The notes under the pieces: model-generated | What the model saw: the letters and a program-made list of their open reading frames with translations, nothing else | What the model was told of the DNA's origin: nothing | Database searches by the model: none | Program-made: the position numbers and the translations under genes | Assembly: GCF_001194135.2 (NCBI RefSeq) | Contig: NC_068984.1 | Span: forward strand, 69,046,978-69,104,984 | From: Octopus bimaculoides | Taxonomy: Eukaryota | Length of the DNA stretch: 58,007 nucleotides | Direction of reading: 5' to 3' | Shown here: positions 36,521 to 50,045 of the stretch, one piece after another | How positions within the stretch are numbered: position 1 is the first letter of the stretch | Layout: each line of letters starts with the position of its first letter

Positions 36521-38034
36521 CCCTGTCACGACAATCGCTTTTGCGTGCCTGACTAGAAGGAACCTTTCTGGTTTAGAGATGTTACTGATACCTCCTCTGA
36601 AAAAGCGAGCCTGTGTTTCAGACCCACTTGCATATGTGTATGTGTATAGGGGGTCAACAAAGGTCAATACATACAGTATGCTAGAATTAAAGGACTAACA
36701 CAAAAGAAATGTTACCGATGGATTATGGCGAACCTAAAAGAAACGAATTTACCTCGAAAAATACATGCAGTAAGCTAGTTTCAATGTGCTAAATTAGAAT
36801 ATTCAAGAGAGAAAAGAAAAGTGAACAATAAAATTACTTCCTCCAAGTGAAATCTTTTGACAGAATAACAGATAGCCGTACACTTGAAATGAAATATAGA
36901 ATGTGTAGCCTTGGTTAATCATTTGACTCCCATCCCACCAGCAGCAAGATACGCAGCTACGAGTAGTTTCGAACTTTATTAAAAACAAATGTTACGTGCA
37001 GTTAACAAAGAATATAAATATTCAACAGAAATAGTTATTCCTCCGACAAATTTCACAAAAGCCACAAGTACATCTAGCACTAAACACGCATGCAATACAA
37101 AAATTTGAGCTAAAACAAAAGAATTTACAAAGAGCATTCCAGAGACTGAATTCTTAACACGACTATAGAAACTTTATTGCAAGGAACAACAGAACCACAC
37201 TTAGCTCTAAAGATACGTAAAGTAAAAGGGTGTACTTAAAAACAGACAATTGTGAATCAAGACCGACTGATCTCATTGAGTGGAATCTTTGAGAAATGCA
37301 TTTAGTTCAGTCTTGTGTCACACCTTGCATTGTGTGTGAAATGGGTAAACAGAAACGGTGTAAAAAAAACTCCATCAAATGGATATTACATGTGATTCAA
37401 TGACTTACCTTTCTTACAGTGTCTGTGGAATACTCAGTCACATTGCACGCTAATTCAATGGGCAGGATTCCCGGTGGTCATACATCGAAATTCGTACTAG
37501 AGTCGACTACAGCGATTTATTTTAATTGATGCTCTAAAAAAAAATTGAATTTATATATCATTTATTGTCGAATATTCATTAAGCTTTAAATTTAATTATA
37601 TTTCATTTATTTCAAATTTTAAAAATATATCATTTTTCTTTATTTCTGTCTTCTCTATCCTCCAACTGAAAACAGCAGCTTGCGTTTAAATTATTTGTTG
37701 TTTATGTATAGTATTGTTATACGTGGAAATCTAAAAGTACTTCACATTCATTCTCATATAACCCCAAAGCAAATCTGTGATTTTAGACGCACTTCATTCA
37801 ACGTAATGTCACTTTCTATTGTCCTGTCGAAATGTTTTCAAGCAATTCATGAATGCATTGTTTTCTTTATACTTTTTCTTCCTTAACTTTTCCAAAGATA
37901 TATGATAACATTTTATATTTGTCATCTTTGAGAAGAAAAACTTATCACAGAAGTGGTTTAATTCTCGCACTTGTAGATTATTTCTAGAAAGTAGCGCGAT
38001 CGCAATGACATTGTTGATTCGAGTCCCAGGTGCT

Positions 38035-38105
38035 ATGGTAGCAGCAGCAGCGACGGCTGCGGTGACGGTACCGGCTGTAGTAGTAGTAGTAGTAGTAGTA
38101 GTAGC

Positions 38106-38164
<59 letters not shown>

Positions 38165-38202
38165 CGGTGGGTGGTGGTGTTGGTGGCGTTGGTGGTGGTG
38201 GT
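38035..38202. repeat. Compound trinucleotide array (GCA)n-(GTA)n-(GGT)n adjoining N-gap 38203-38832
   Basis: Visible in sequence. Confidence 0.95.
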
Positions 38203-38949
38203 NNNNNNNNNNNNNNNNNNNNNNNNNNNNNNNNNNNNNNNNNNNNNNNNNNNNNNNNNNNNNNNNNNNNNNNNNNNNNNNNNNNNNNNNNNNNNNNNNN
38301 NNNNNNNNNNNNNNNNNNNNNNNNNNNNNNNNNNNNNNNNNNNNNNNNNNNNNNNNNNNNNNNNNNNNNNNNNNNNNNNNNNNNNNNNNNNNNNNNNNNN
38401 NNNNNNNNNNNNNNNNNNNNNNNNNNNNNNNNNNNNNNNNNNNNNNNNNNNNNNNNNNNNNNNNNNNNNNNNNNNNNNNNNNNNNNNNNNNNNNNNNNNN
38501 NNNNNNNNNNNNNNNNNNNNNNNNNNNNNNNNNNNNNNNNNNNNNNNNNNNNNNNNNNNNNNNNNNNNNNNNNNNNNNNNNNNNNNNNNNNNNNNNNNNN
38601 NNNNNNNNNNNNNNNNNNNNNNNNNNNNNNNNNNNNNNNNNNNNNNNNNNNNNNNNNNNNNNNNNNNNNNNNNNNNNNNNNNNNNNNNNNNNNNNNNNNN
38701 NNNNNNNNNNNNNNNNNNNNNNNNNNNNNNNNNNNNNNNNNNNNNNNNNNNNNNNNNNNNNNNNNNNNNNNNNNNNNNNNNNNNNNNNNNNNNNNNNNNN
38801 NNNNNNNNNNNNNNNNNNNNNNNNNNNNNNNNTTCATTCTTTCGGGGATGATAAATAATATACCAGCCAAACACTGAATTTCATTTCACTTCTCTCTTTG
38901 TCCACTCTCAACCCGCCTGCCAGTCGGTCTCCCGTTCTCTCATATTCTT

Positions 38950-38981
<32 letters not shown>

Positions 38982-40377
38982 CAAAAATGACTACACGAAG
39001 CAGTTAAGAAAGGAGCGATCACACCACGCGCTCGCCTGCAGACCCAGCGAGTAAACAAGCACCGTATCAGAAAAAAGTAAGAAAGATGGTTGAAGCAAGA
39101 GTGCATTTGATAACAGATCAGCTTGATCGGGGCATGGCTTAATGTAAACAATAACAACAACTATTACGAAATGAAACCACTTCAAACTTTCTGACTTAAA
39201 AAAAAATTCCTTCTGTTTAAATCAAAACATTGCAATCACATTTTATTCCTAGAGATGATAACGGAAATGTGTTAATCAACGTTTCTGGTGTACTCTCTTG
39301 TAGTTTTCATTTTCTTTTAATTACACTGTCGGAATAAATTTGCAGTAATTCAGGTTCTAATTTGTACCATCTTTCCTGAACAGCAACAAATAAAATTTTG
39401 CTGCTTTTAAAGGTTCTTGAATTCCGTTTTGACATTATGATTTGCCATAAATTCATGTCTGGCAAATCTCCAGACAATAATGAAGACGCCTTTTAATTTT
39501 CTTTGCGATACGTTTTGACCGATTTGGTTACAATGAGTAGGAGCATTATGACGTTGATATATTGCCAATCTAGTTGGCGTAAAGTGTCCTTATAATAAAA
39601 GAAAACGATTGTTGTGAATTTATTTAATATTTTACATTCAGTGCTGAGAAAGAGAGGTTCAGCACTTTAACTGATAACATACTTTTACACAGTTATGTTC
39701 ATCACCAATAAACGTACTTTTCTGTTGTAGAAAATCTTCCCTGAATTTTTTTTGGGTTTCTCAAACATATTAAAATTAAGTATAGTAAGTAATTGGATAC
39801 GATAATAAAGTGAAATGATCAAACTACATTATTTAAAAATAAGAATACCAAGGATCATTGGTAATAGTTAGGAAAGCCTAAACCCTGATTAATACTTGAA
39901 ATATGCTTTGATGCTCAACAGATATTTTTCGCCGTATATTAATACTGTGAATATTCTGTAAACATTCCATAATTTATTTACAATTTAATTAACAGGATAT
40001 TTGGTTTCTTTTATCGAAGATGTCTTGCGATTCTACGTTAGAATCAAATTTACTCATAAGTTTGTGCACTCAGTTCAACTTTGAAATGTAAGATATTTTT
40101 GTTTTCAGAAATACTAAATATATTCTCACGGGAAAATTCTTGAAACTGTATTCTCTACAGATAAAAAAAGAGCAGCTAAGAAATTCCTTACGATTATTAT
40201 CTAAACATGAAATAATTAAGTGCGTTTCTTTTTCTGCCAAACCCTATCAATTGATATTAAATCATTTAAAACTTTAAGAAAAGGACATAAAAATCATTGG
40301 AAACAAATATTAGATAACATGAATATTTTACGTTGGATTAATTAGTATTAAAGGATTGTGCCTATAATCTCCGCAGT

Positions 40378-41597
40378 TACACCAATAGAGATAAGTTCGA
40401 AGAAGCTAATGCTCCTCTTGAATAGTTGCAAGTATTAAGCTGCCGGAAAGACATGTGTAAGGAGGAAGAGGAAAGTCTTGTGAGAATACAGGAAGGAAGA
40501 TGATTAGGTATAGAAGTTAGCACGGGGCCTATGAGAAACAATATACGTGATAACTTAGTGAGTCTAGAGTGCGTGAATAGAGATAGCATGAGAAATCCAA
40601 CTTCGAGGAGCAGATATCTTTGCAATAACAGTAGTAAAAGTCAGAAATTTACAGCACATCCGTAGATCAGGCGTTAGAGCGTGTAGGAGAGTGCCTTCAC
40701 ACCAACTAATCAAGTGGCATTTCTTTGGATTTAACTAGGGCATCTGTGTGTATAACGACCGCATTGTCCTAGAGAAGTACTCTATTGTGTGTTTCACCTA
40801 AGATTTGTAGAGAGAGATCTTGAAAGATAAAGTATTTTTCTGTTTCTGAAGTAGTCTTATTAACGATGACAATATGCGTTCTCTCAAGAATGATCTTCAG
40901 TGATAGCGTAGCCTAGGTCTAACGCTGCTTTGCGTGTTCTAGCGTCGTGTTATTCCTATTTAGGGCGATAATGTTTCTTTGATATGGGTAGTAAATAAGT
41001 TTTGTGCTTTTAAAGAAGAGGCGATAAACAAACCCACGCTGGAGGATGCTAAGGAGATCTCTGTTAAAGTTATTAGTACAAACTTAATACAGGTTGGTTT
41101 GGGATTAGACGGAAAATTAAAGAGAAAGGAAGATGGCTTTATCCTCATAGAACTGATGCAAGTATGTTATTGATCTTGAAGTGAAAGGTGCGGTGAGAAA
41201 ACACAACCCTGAGATCTGCTAGAGTTGTTAATGTATGAGTCTCAGAGAATTTCATTAACACACTTTGTGAAGGTGTAATCTGACAGAAAACCACTGACGA
41301 TAGATAGATGGAGCTCATTGGTGGACAGTTTGCCCACGAAACTTTTCTGATGTTCAGAGCAACTTTCATTAAAGTGTCGATAATAAAATATCACTGGTGA
41401 ATGACGTAGATGAATAGATCTCCGGTAGCTCTACCTTTACGGAAACCGTACTCGCGATCACTGAAGAGAGGTGGGAAAATATTTTTGTTAATCATTGCAG
41501 TATTCGAAGTGTGACAGGACTGTAGTTGGCAAGATCCGTGAGTGTGGCATTCTTGGAAGTAAGATGAGCTTTACTCTGCTTTCAAAGGACAGGATAT

Positions 41598-41645
<48 letters not shown>

Positions 41646-42200
41646 AGAGAGAAGGTTAGAAAAGGACAGGGGAGAGAAGATAAAAAGAGAAATTAAAGAG
41701 TTTACGGTGGAGTGTTTTAGCTATTTTAGCACTAGGCGTGTATATTATAAGGTAGTGGAACTAGAAAAGTATAAAATATTCGTTTAGAAAATTTCTTTAG
41801 TATGTAAAGTGTAGTGCTGGATACAAAACGATCTGAAAATGCGAAGCTTTTCTCCGCGGAGTACTGCTTACAATATATCCATGGCGGCTCGTTAGGCACA
41901 TAAAAACAATTGTCGGGCACATATAGCTGCAGAAGACGGTATTGGTTTAACAGAGGTTAAATTTTGGGGGAGAGAAATAGACCAAGGATGTTTATAGTGT
42001 GTCAGAGAAAATGAAAGTTAGAAACGAAGCTAGTTGATAGCTATAGGTAGAGATCGCTTGATCGAAAGTCTGCTGGATGACTTGGGGCTGAATGATCTTG
42101 GAATAAACAGCAACCGACATTGCGGTAGACTGCCGAACTTTTTACAATGTTTTTCTCTGTAGATTTTTGCTTTAACAAGTCATTATTGTAGGTGTATAAG
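40378..42200 (-). mobile_element. Degenerate CR1/L2/Jockey-group LINE (RT and downstream region) with internal (GA)n
   Basis: KLFNFS, IYPVL*KQSK, TDLANYSPV (cf. DPANYRPI), DREYGFRKGRATGDLFIYVIHQ (cf. QYGFRKGRSTGDLL..VTHQW). Confidence 0.75.
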
Positions 42201-43519
42201 GCAGTAAAGAGGACAACTATAGCAGACAGTTTAAATTACCCTATTTATTCTAATTAGTATCGTGTATATATATNNNNNNNNNNNNNNNNNNNNNNNNNNN
42301 NNNNNNNNNNNNNNNNNNNNNNNNNNNNNNNNNNNNNNNNNNNNNNNNNNNNNNNNNNNNNNNNNNNNNNNNNNNNNNNNNNNNNNNNNNNNNNNNNNNN
42401 NNNNNNNNNNNNNNNNNNNNNNNNNNNNNNNNNNNNNNNNNNNNNNNNNNNNNNNNNNNNNNNNNNNNNNNNNNNNNNNNNNNNNNNNNNNNNNNNNNNN
42501 NNNNNNNNNNNNNNNNNNNNNNNNNNNNNNNNNNNNNNNNTATATATATTGAATTCCTATCGTATCTGACGTGGGTGTATTTTTCATCAAAGTCTGGAGG
42601 TGATAAAATAAGTTCCAGTTAAATTCTATTACTAATTGAAATTTCCAGTGTGAGAAATTATAAGTAATATATATAATAGTGTTTCAGAATTAAAAAAAAA
42701 ATAATAATAATGATTGTCATATTGTGTCACTAAATTCAAATTCTCAATTTTTGAGAACAGGAAGGAAAATTATATAATGCCTACGTCTTTTCCAAAGTTA
42801 TTAGTGGCATAATTGAAGTGAATTTGTCTCTGTTGGGAAATAAAACTAGCTGTTGGGCTCAACACAATAAGAGCATGTGTTTTTATTATGTTTTCTGTTA
42901 TAGCAATCGCATGAATAATCGATAATATTTATGTTTCAATATATTCATATTTATTTATGGTTAAATTCAGAATAGTACTGCTTAGTAAAATATTTTCACT
43001 CGCCAGAGAATACAAACGAATATTTTATATTTAAACTTACCTTCCACGATGTCGTCAAAAATGTATCTTTACACTTAAATACATTTTCAGTCTCATTATT
43101 CTCAGACTAATCTGCCTTAGAGTTTAAAGTTTCTCCATTTATCAGATTTTCCGTTGGGTATTGACCGTTTAATGTGTTTTATTTCGATCACTGTGGTAAA
43201 AATCTCCAACTAATAGAGAAAGAAAAATCGATTTCAGCAACAACTTTTATTTACTTTTACATTATTATTATGATATTAGTTCTTCTTAATTTCTCTTCCA
43301 TGCTGTGCTGCATATAGAGCCTTCTTTGGACAGTTTCAGAAGCATATCAGCTTTTCTACAGTCGGCCGTCGCCCAGCATATTTTCCTTTCTAGAGAAATG
43401 GACGCGGAGCACAACGCAGTCAATTTCGAGAGAGAGAGAGATGAAAGAGAGAGACTGAAGAATCGATGTCAATATTTAATTTTTACGTTATCACTCCATA
43501 ATAATGAAATGCTAAACTA

Positions 43520-43605
43520 ACCTTGGCGGGATTTGAACTCAGAGAAGCGGAACAGATACTGCGATGTATTTTACCCATGGCTCTAACAACTCTGCCAATT
43601 TGCCA
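43520..43605 (-). mobile_element. tRNA-SINE fragment
   Basis: CCTTGGCGGGATTTGAACTCAGA...CTCTGCCAATTTGCC. Confidence 0.65.
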
Positions 43606-44386
43606 TCCATAATATTTAATCTAATTAAATGTTACACTATGCACTCAACAGATAATCATATAAATATACAGAAACAGTTCAGAATTGAACTAGAGCTGCG
43701 TAAAACGTAAAAGAATATTTATACAGGCAAGTATAAATACGTGTCTCTTTTTCGCGTTTTTTCTCCATGGATAGACAAAGAATGAATGATCCGATACAAG
43801 TTTTAGCTCATTCTACCCGTAGAGACTAATAGGTTTGTTAGTCCACCAAACAGAGGAGCAGTAGCTAATTGGAAATACCAGCTTGCCAAATATTAATGAT
43901 TTCAGTAGTAGCTAATTTAATTAGATATCACTCTAAACTCTAAGCGCCTGAATTGGGAGATTAATATGTAGATGAACAGAAAAAGTACAAGATTCACAGT
44001 TGTCGGTATACTCATTTACGTATTGCATAGCTCAGTTAAATTTGTACTGTTTCTGTACATCTATATGCGTATCTGATAGAACAGTGCTTAGCTTATTATT
44101 TAGTATTTAATTGAACTAGTATCTAGTGTAAGCACTGATTATCAAGCAAATTTACTAATGTTACCCTTTTTGGCAAACTTATAAAACAAAATGAGGTGTA
44201 CACAGTTAATAATCAGGATAAGGGACGAAACTCAAATCAGATCCTTCTCAAATTTTCTGTACGGGAGAAATGTTCAAACCTGACACGTTTTTATTTTTGT
44301 TAATGAAATAATTTGCGCATCGTGCATCTTCGGTTAAATCTTATGCTGTTTCTTCACATTCATGTGTTTATATCCTTTACGTCACT

Positions 44387-44606
44387 AAGTTGGTGAGCTG
44401 GCAGAATCGGTAATACGCCTGACAAAATGCTTCGCGGTATTTCTTTCATCTTTACGTTCTGAGTTCAAATTCTGTTGAGATCAACTTTGCCTTCTATCCT
44501 TTTAAGATCAATCAAAAAAGTACCAGTTGAGCACTGAAGTCAATATAATCGACTAGTTTCCTCTTCCAAAATTTCAGGCCTTGTGACTATAATCAAAAGG
44601 ATTATT
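44387..44606 (+). mobile_element. tRNA-derived SINE
   Basis: GGTGAGCTGGCAGAATCGGTAATACGCC head, GTTCTGAGTTCAAATTC B-box, AAGTACCAGTTGAGCACTG body. Confidence 0.85.
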
Positions 44607-45429
44607 TAGGGCTCTAACAAAATTACTTCCGCGAAATATTTCCCGAATTGTTGGCTATGACGTGATTATCCTTTAAGACTGAAACACCGAACCCATCTAG
44701 ACATGTGGAGTTCATGATATACAGCATATAGTTTTAGTGATTTCAATTTTGGAATGTAATACCGAGGCATCTCACAAGAATTTTATTCGATTTTAGCTTT
44801 TGCAGTACTTCACCTGGAACTTATTTTATCTACTCAGAATGTGGAATGGAAAAGTACACCTGAGAGAAAACGGGACCAAATACCACAATGCATTTTTGTT
44901 TGATTCTTCCATCTCTGATAGAATGAATAGTAGTTTTTAGGCTTGCTTTCTAATTTCTTTCATGTTATAAATAAAGCTCTTATAAATATCAAGAGGGAGA
45001 GAGGGAGACTGGGAGAGAGAGAGAGGGGGGAGAGAGAGAGAACACTGAGTGTATAGTACATGAGAATGGGATGAGAATTAAACAAAGAAAATTTTCGAGT
45101 TGATTCTAATATTAATGGCAAAACATCAGGTAATATGATGTTCTGTCTCAGGTTCCTCTCAATACATTGGCTTAAACCTTTTTTTTTCCTCCACTAGACA
45201 AAAATAAAATGCTCGATATTGACAGTTTCTCAAAATAATGGGATCCATATCGTCCGCTAAAATTATTTCAGGCAAAGAAATACAAGAATAAAGGTGTAAA
45301 TCTGAATTATAAGACAGTTTTATCTTTTTTCAATAGAAAGATAAAAACTACAAAGGATATTGTAAATCATTAAATTGTAGGATTAATAAATATATATATA
45401 TATATATATCAATTAGAAATATGTTTATT

Positions 45430-45575
45430 TCATTCAGTTCGACTTTGCTTTTCGTCCTTCCGTAGTCGATAAAAAATAATAACCAGACAAGTACTGGGGT
45501 CGATATAATCGACAGGGACCCACCCCTTTCTCAAAACAGTTTTGACCTTCTGCCTATGTTAGAAATCGATATTTG
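45430..45575 (+). mobile_element. tRNA-SINE 3' half
   Basis: TCGACTTTGCTTTTCGTCCTTCC..GTCGATAAA..AGTACTGGGGTCGATATAATCGAC. Confidence 0.65.
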
Positions 45576-46244
45576 AAGACAAACATAATTATATCATCAT
45601 GGCACCACTTATTGCTAACTATATGTAACATCATACAAATAATTGATTAGATGTGATTTGTTTTTCTTTTAATTTCTTTGTTCACATCAATGTTAATGTT
45701 TGGTGCATATACACTCGTATCGATAGGTTTCATAAAGTTTTTGTTCTTGTTCAATAGAGTTACGTCAATTGTTATATAAACAAAAGAGGACCAGGGGTTT
45801 CCATTATTAGAAAAGATCTGGAATCTTTAAATATTGGTGGTAGCCTCTGTCAGCTAAAGTCATTCTATAAAACTTCAAAGACAATAAGCTTAAGTTTGCT
45901 GTGAAGTGTGAAAGATTAATAATTCGAATGATCTGCCCTTCTCTGCAGTGAAGGAAAACAAATAAACATCTTGACACTAGAGCGTAAAAGTGCTGTCATT
46001 CGCATTTTCACACCAAGTGCTAGGTTCTTCGATGCTTTTTTCTCCCCTCACTCTTCTCCGTCTCACCAAATATGGACAGATATCTAAAACATCAGATTTT
46101 AATTTTTCTCTGTAAATCAACTCACTGCAATTTATTTTTATCTACGAACTTTTATTGTGCCAACAGAAGTAAAGCGTTCACTTCCGTTCTATATGTCAGT
46201 TGTTCAAATTTTCTTTTAGAGAAAAGTATGAATGTGACAATATT

Positions 46245-46432
46245 GGTTTGAAATTTTGACACAAGGCCAGCAAATTCAAGGAACAGTATAAGCCAATTAC
46301 ATGGACCTCAGTGTTCACTGGTACTCATTTTACCGACCCTGGATGGAAAGGATGAAAAGCAAAGTCGACCTTGACAGAATTTGAACTCAGAATGTAAAGA
46401 CAGACAAAATGCCACTAAGCATTTTGCCTAGC
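46245..46432 (-). mobile_element. tRNA-derived SINE
   Basis: GAAATTTTGACACAAGGCCAGC, GGATGAAAAGCAAAGTCGACC and GAATTTGAACTCAGAA in antisense. Confidence 0.85.
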
Positions 46433-46919
46433 TGGATGCTACACCTAGTCCAAAAATAATTAATATGTTTCATAAACTGAATGTACATCAAAGAAATGAA
46501 CTAATTGATATGCTTCTACGTAGTCGCTCGACTTGCAAGAAAATTGCAAAATCATACCAACTGTTTAGAAATTTAAGACATTTAATGTAGTTTTAGTTAC
46601 AGCATGTATAAAAAGAAAGACGAGATGACCACGGTTGAAATGCAGGCGCATTGGAGAAAATCTCAATCATGGCTTATGCAACAACAAAAATAAAACCTGA
46701 TGACAACTAAAAAAAAAATGGAATCCACTCTAATTAAAGAGTATTTCACTATCCGACATATTTGAAATCAAATCTTTCATTGATCCTAGACAATGCAACA
46801 TGGTGCGTAGGATAACTTTAATCGAGATTATATTCTGTACCAATTACGGTTAAATATTGAACTAATATTTAACCAACAAACAAAAGCCAAAATGGCGTTT
46901 CAAAATAATGTTTATGTGA

Positions 46920-46922
46920 GCA

Positions 46923-46974
<52 letters not shown>

Positions 46975-47054
46975 AGAGAGAGAAAGAAAGAAAGAATGAA
47001 AGAAAGAAAGAGAGAAAGAGAGAAAGAGAGGAGAAAAAGAGAGGAGAAAGAAAG

Positions 47055-47089
<35 letters not shown>

Positions 47090-47090
47090 T
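46920..47090. repeat. (TG)n-(AG)n/(AAAG)n compound array
   Basis: Visible in sequence. Confidence 0.95.
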
Positions 47091-47515
47091 GTAGGACTCA
47101 CTAAAGTAGGAAGTAAACCAATGTAAAATTTCAAAAGCTAACAAGCTTTATATTTAAACCCAGCCCATGTTGGGTGGGGAAAGGTGGATAAGTCAACCTC
47201 CAGCACAAGTGTAAAGGGACACAGAATTTCTGCAGGCCTATCATACCAGTTAATTATGATGGGGAGGGTGAGAACCGTTGCTATATTACTCTCTTTCTTT
47301 AGCTAAAGTTTGAAAAAGATTGAATGCGTTCAATCTGGTTGGCATGCATTAGATACTAATGAAGGCGTCAAGTTGACCGCTATCAAGTATGACTTAGTAT
47401 CAGTATGTAACAGGTTTTGGTTGATGGTTAAAAGCGCAGCTGTATTCTCGAGCAGTTAAAGACACCCTTTTATCCATCCTACAGCAGTACGTCAGAATGT
47501 CACAGCTTGTGTGTG

Positions 47516-47518
<3 letters not shown>

Positions 47519-47557
<39 letters not shown>

Positions 47558-47567
47558 NNNNNNNNNN

Positions 47568-47611
<44 letters not shown>
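47519..47611. repeat. (GA)n microsatellite with 10-nt gap
   Basis: Visible in sequence. Confidence 0.97.
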
Positions 47612-47612
<1 letters not shown>

Positions 47613-47659
47613 AATACAAGCACTTCAAAGATAGTTTACTCATCAACACCGAAGGAATG

Positions 47660-48050
47660 AAAAACAAAGATAACCTTCGTATGATTTGAACTTAGAGAAT
47701 AATTGAGTTGGAACAAATACCGCAAAAAGTTTTATCCAATAATATCACGACTCTACTTATTCGCAATCTTATGCATAAGATGCACATAAAATACACTGCA
47801 TGAGAAGGTATAATTTATAGGATTCCACAACACTTGTGCCACTTTTGCACAGACGCAATCATAGAGAATTAAAAAGGCAAAGTTGATCTCTGAGGATTTT
47901 GAACTCAGAGAGCTGGAACAATTACTACAAAACGTTTTATCCGTTGCTATTACGACTCAGTCTATTTGCTATAGTATGCATAAGATACACTGCATGGAAA
48001 CCATACGATTTATTGGATTCCTCACCACTTGTGCACAGACATAATCATAA
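47660..48050. repeat. Diverged tandem duplication (about 190-205 bp unit) containing an antisense SINE fragment
   Basis: Ordered shared blocks TTTGAACT(T/C)AGAGA, TGGAACAA, GTTTTATCC, ACGACTC, TATGCATAAGAT, TACACTGCATG, GGATTCC, CACTTGTGC, GCACAGAC, AATCATA at 47660-47863 and 47870-48050. Confidence 0.75.
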
Positions 48051-48619
48051 GGTATTAAATATTTTGAATACCATAATAGCTACCTAAGTTTACCAAATTG
48101 GCTGTTTCAAGTATTTTTTTTTTATAGGCGATATACATGTTTCGCTTTCAATTTAAAATGATCACTTGTTATTCCAAAACTAAATTCCTGGAGAATTCTC
48201 CCATTTGACAGGTTAATAAAAAAAATTGAAAACATTGTCAAGAAGATAAATCCTAGCTTGTCAATGATAAAAGGAATAAATACAAACTTTTATACAGATA
48301 ACTTAAGTAAAATCTTATTTGGAAGTGCGTGTAATGTAAAAATAAAATAAAATTGCAGATAATTTACATTATAAAGTTTCTGTGACTTGTCGCAATCCAG
48401 AGTTTAGTACACTAAAAGCAAATAAAATATAGAATAATTTCACTTACCATCAGAAAAGAAAGTGCATATTTGCTGGAATATGTAAATGATGTTCTCAGTA
48501 AGACCATTAGCAGTCAAAAGAAAAGAAAGTGAATTACTCTTTGTATTTCATTTAATTCCCTATATTACGTTCATTTTCACTATTGCGGTTTGTCCGAATG
48601 TATGCTATTATTTCTGTTT

Positions 48620-48835
48620 ATCGATATGTGTGTTTGTGTGCGTATGCGTGTGCATGCGAACAGACATATATAAATACATACACACACATACACAAATATA
48701 TATATACATAATACATATGTGTGAATGTGTGTGTGTATGGAAATACATATGTACGCATACACACAATATATATACATACACATATACATAAATGTGGTTG
48801 CATACGCACAGATATGTGTGTATGATGTATGTATA
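48620..48835. repeat. Degenerate (TG)/(CA)/(TA) low-complexity tract
   Basis: Visible in sequence. Confidence 0.85.
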
Positions 48836-49814
48836 TGCATCATTAAGACACGATGGTATTTATTTCGATGATAGCCTGGAGAAAGAGTTTGGAATATCAA
48901 AATATCACCATCTGACGACATTGAAAAATGTGTTTGAGTAAGTATAAATATGTCAGCTAAAGACAGAAAGAAAAATATATATATAAGTTTAATATATCAG
49001 AAGATTATGCGCCAAAGACAACTGTAAGCAACTGCGTACTATTTGCCTTCACGTGGTCACCCGACATGCTAGAAAAGGCAGCAAAGTCTTCGTGAAACCA
49101 CACTAACATTTGAAACAGATGCGACACATGGAACGATGTAGTTCTTGTCATGAATATGACGGGATGGGCATGGCTGGAATCCTTTTGATCATAGATGTGC
49201 TCAAAAAGAGTTCACTCCTGGCGATAAATAACATAATTAAGGATTAAATTCAGTTCATTTTGCCATTGTTTTTTCATTTCACTTTTTACTTATTTGGCAA
49301 TGGCATTCACTTTTACTTGAGTTTACCTATATTCTTGGCGTTTGTGTTGCTGCTTCTTTGTTGTTCAGCTCTGATCGAGCATACCTATATTTGAAGGTGA
49401 TCCAGCCGTTGCCATTCCACAATATTTAATACCTAGAAATGCTCTGTCCAATGTGTCACTTTTTGTGCTAAGTTAAAAGTGTGTGGTATAATTTAGGGGA
49501 GATTTAGCATTCATTTTCAGCAGTTCTAGTCAAAAATATTGAACAGACACTCCGTTGGCTCGTCACAGTCTCAGATATACCTGATACAATATACTGTATA
49601 TGCTGCACTGCATATAAACTGTATATANNNNNNNNNNNNNNNNNNNNNNNNNNNNNNNNNNNNNNNNNNNNNNNNNNNNNNNNNNNNNNNNNNNNNNNNN
49701 NNNNNNNNNNNNNNNNNNNNNNNNNNNNNNNNNNNNNNNNNNNNNNNNNNNNNNNNNNNNNNNNNNNNNNNNNNNNNNNNGCTTCTTTTTCAGATATATG
49801 ACCAACTGACGATT

Positions 49815-49819
49815 TATAT

Positions 49820-49850
<31 letters not shown>

Positions 49851-49912
49851 CGCGTGCCTGTGCGTGCGCGCACACACACACATATATATATCTTTATATA
49901 TGTATATATATA

Positions 49913-49962
<50 letters not shown>

Positions 49963-50045
49963 TATATACATATATGTATATGTGCATACACACATATATA
50001 TGTGTGTCTGTGTTTATGTGTATGTGTGTATATATGTATGTATTG
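49815..50045. repeat. (TG)n/(CA)n/(TA)n compound microsatellite
   Basis: Visible in sequence. Confidence 0.95.

Noticed and set aside
38990-39090. CpG-containing segment with AAA|GTAAGA donor-like site
   Set aside because: Stops in the candidate frames and no convincing acceptor.
39439-39476. Overlapping hairpins GATTTGCCA/TGGCAAATC and TGTCTGG/CCAGACA
   Set aside because: Stems of 7-9 bp are expected by chance in 58 kb; no supporting context.
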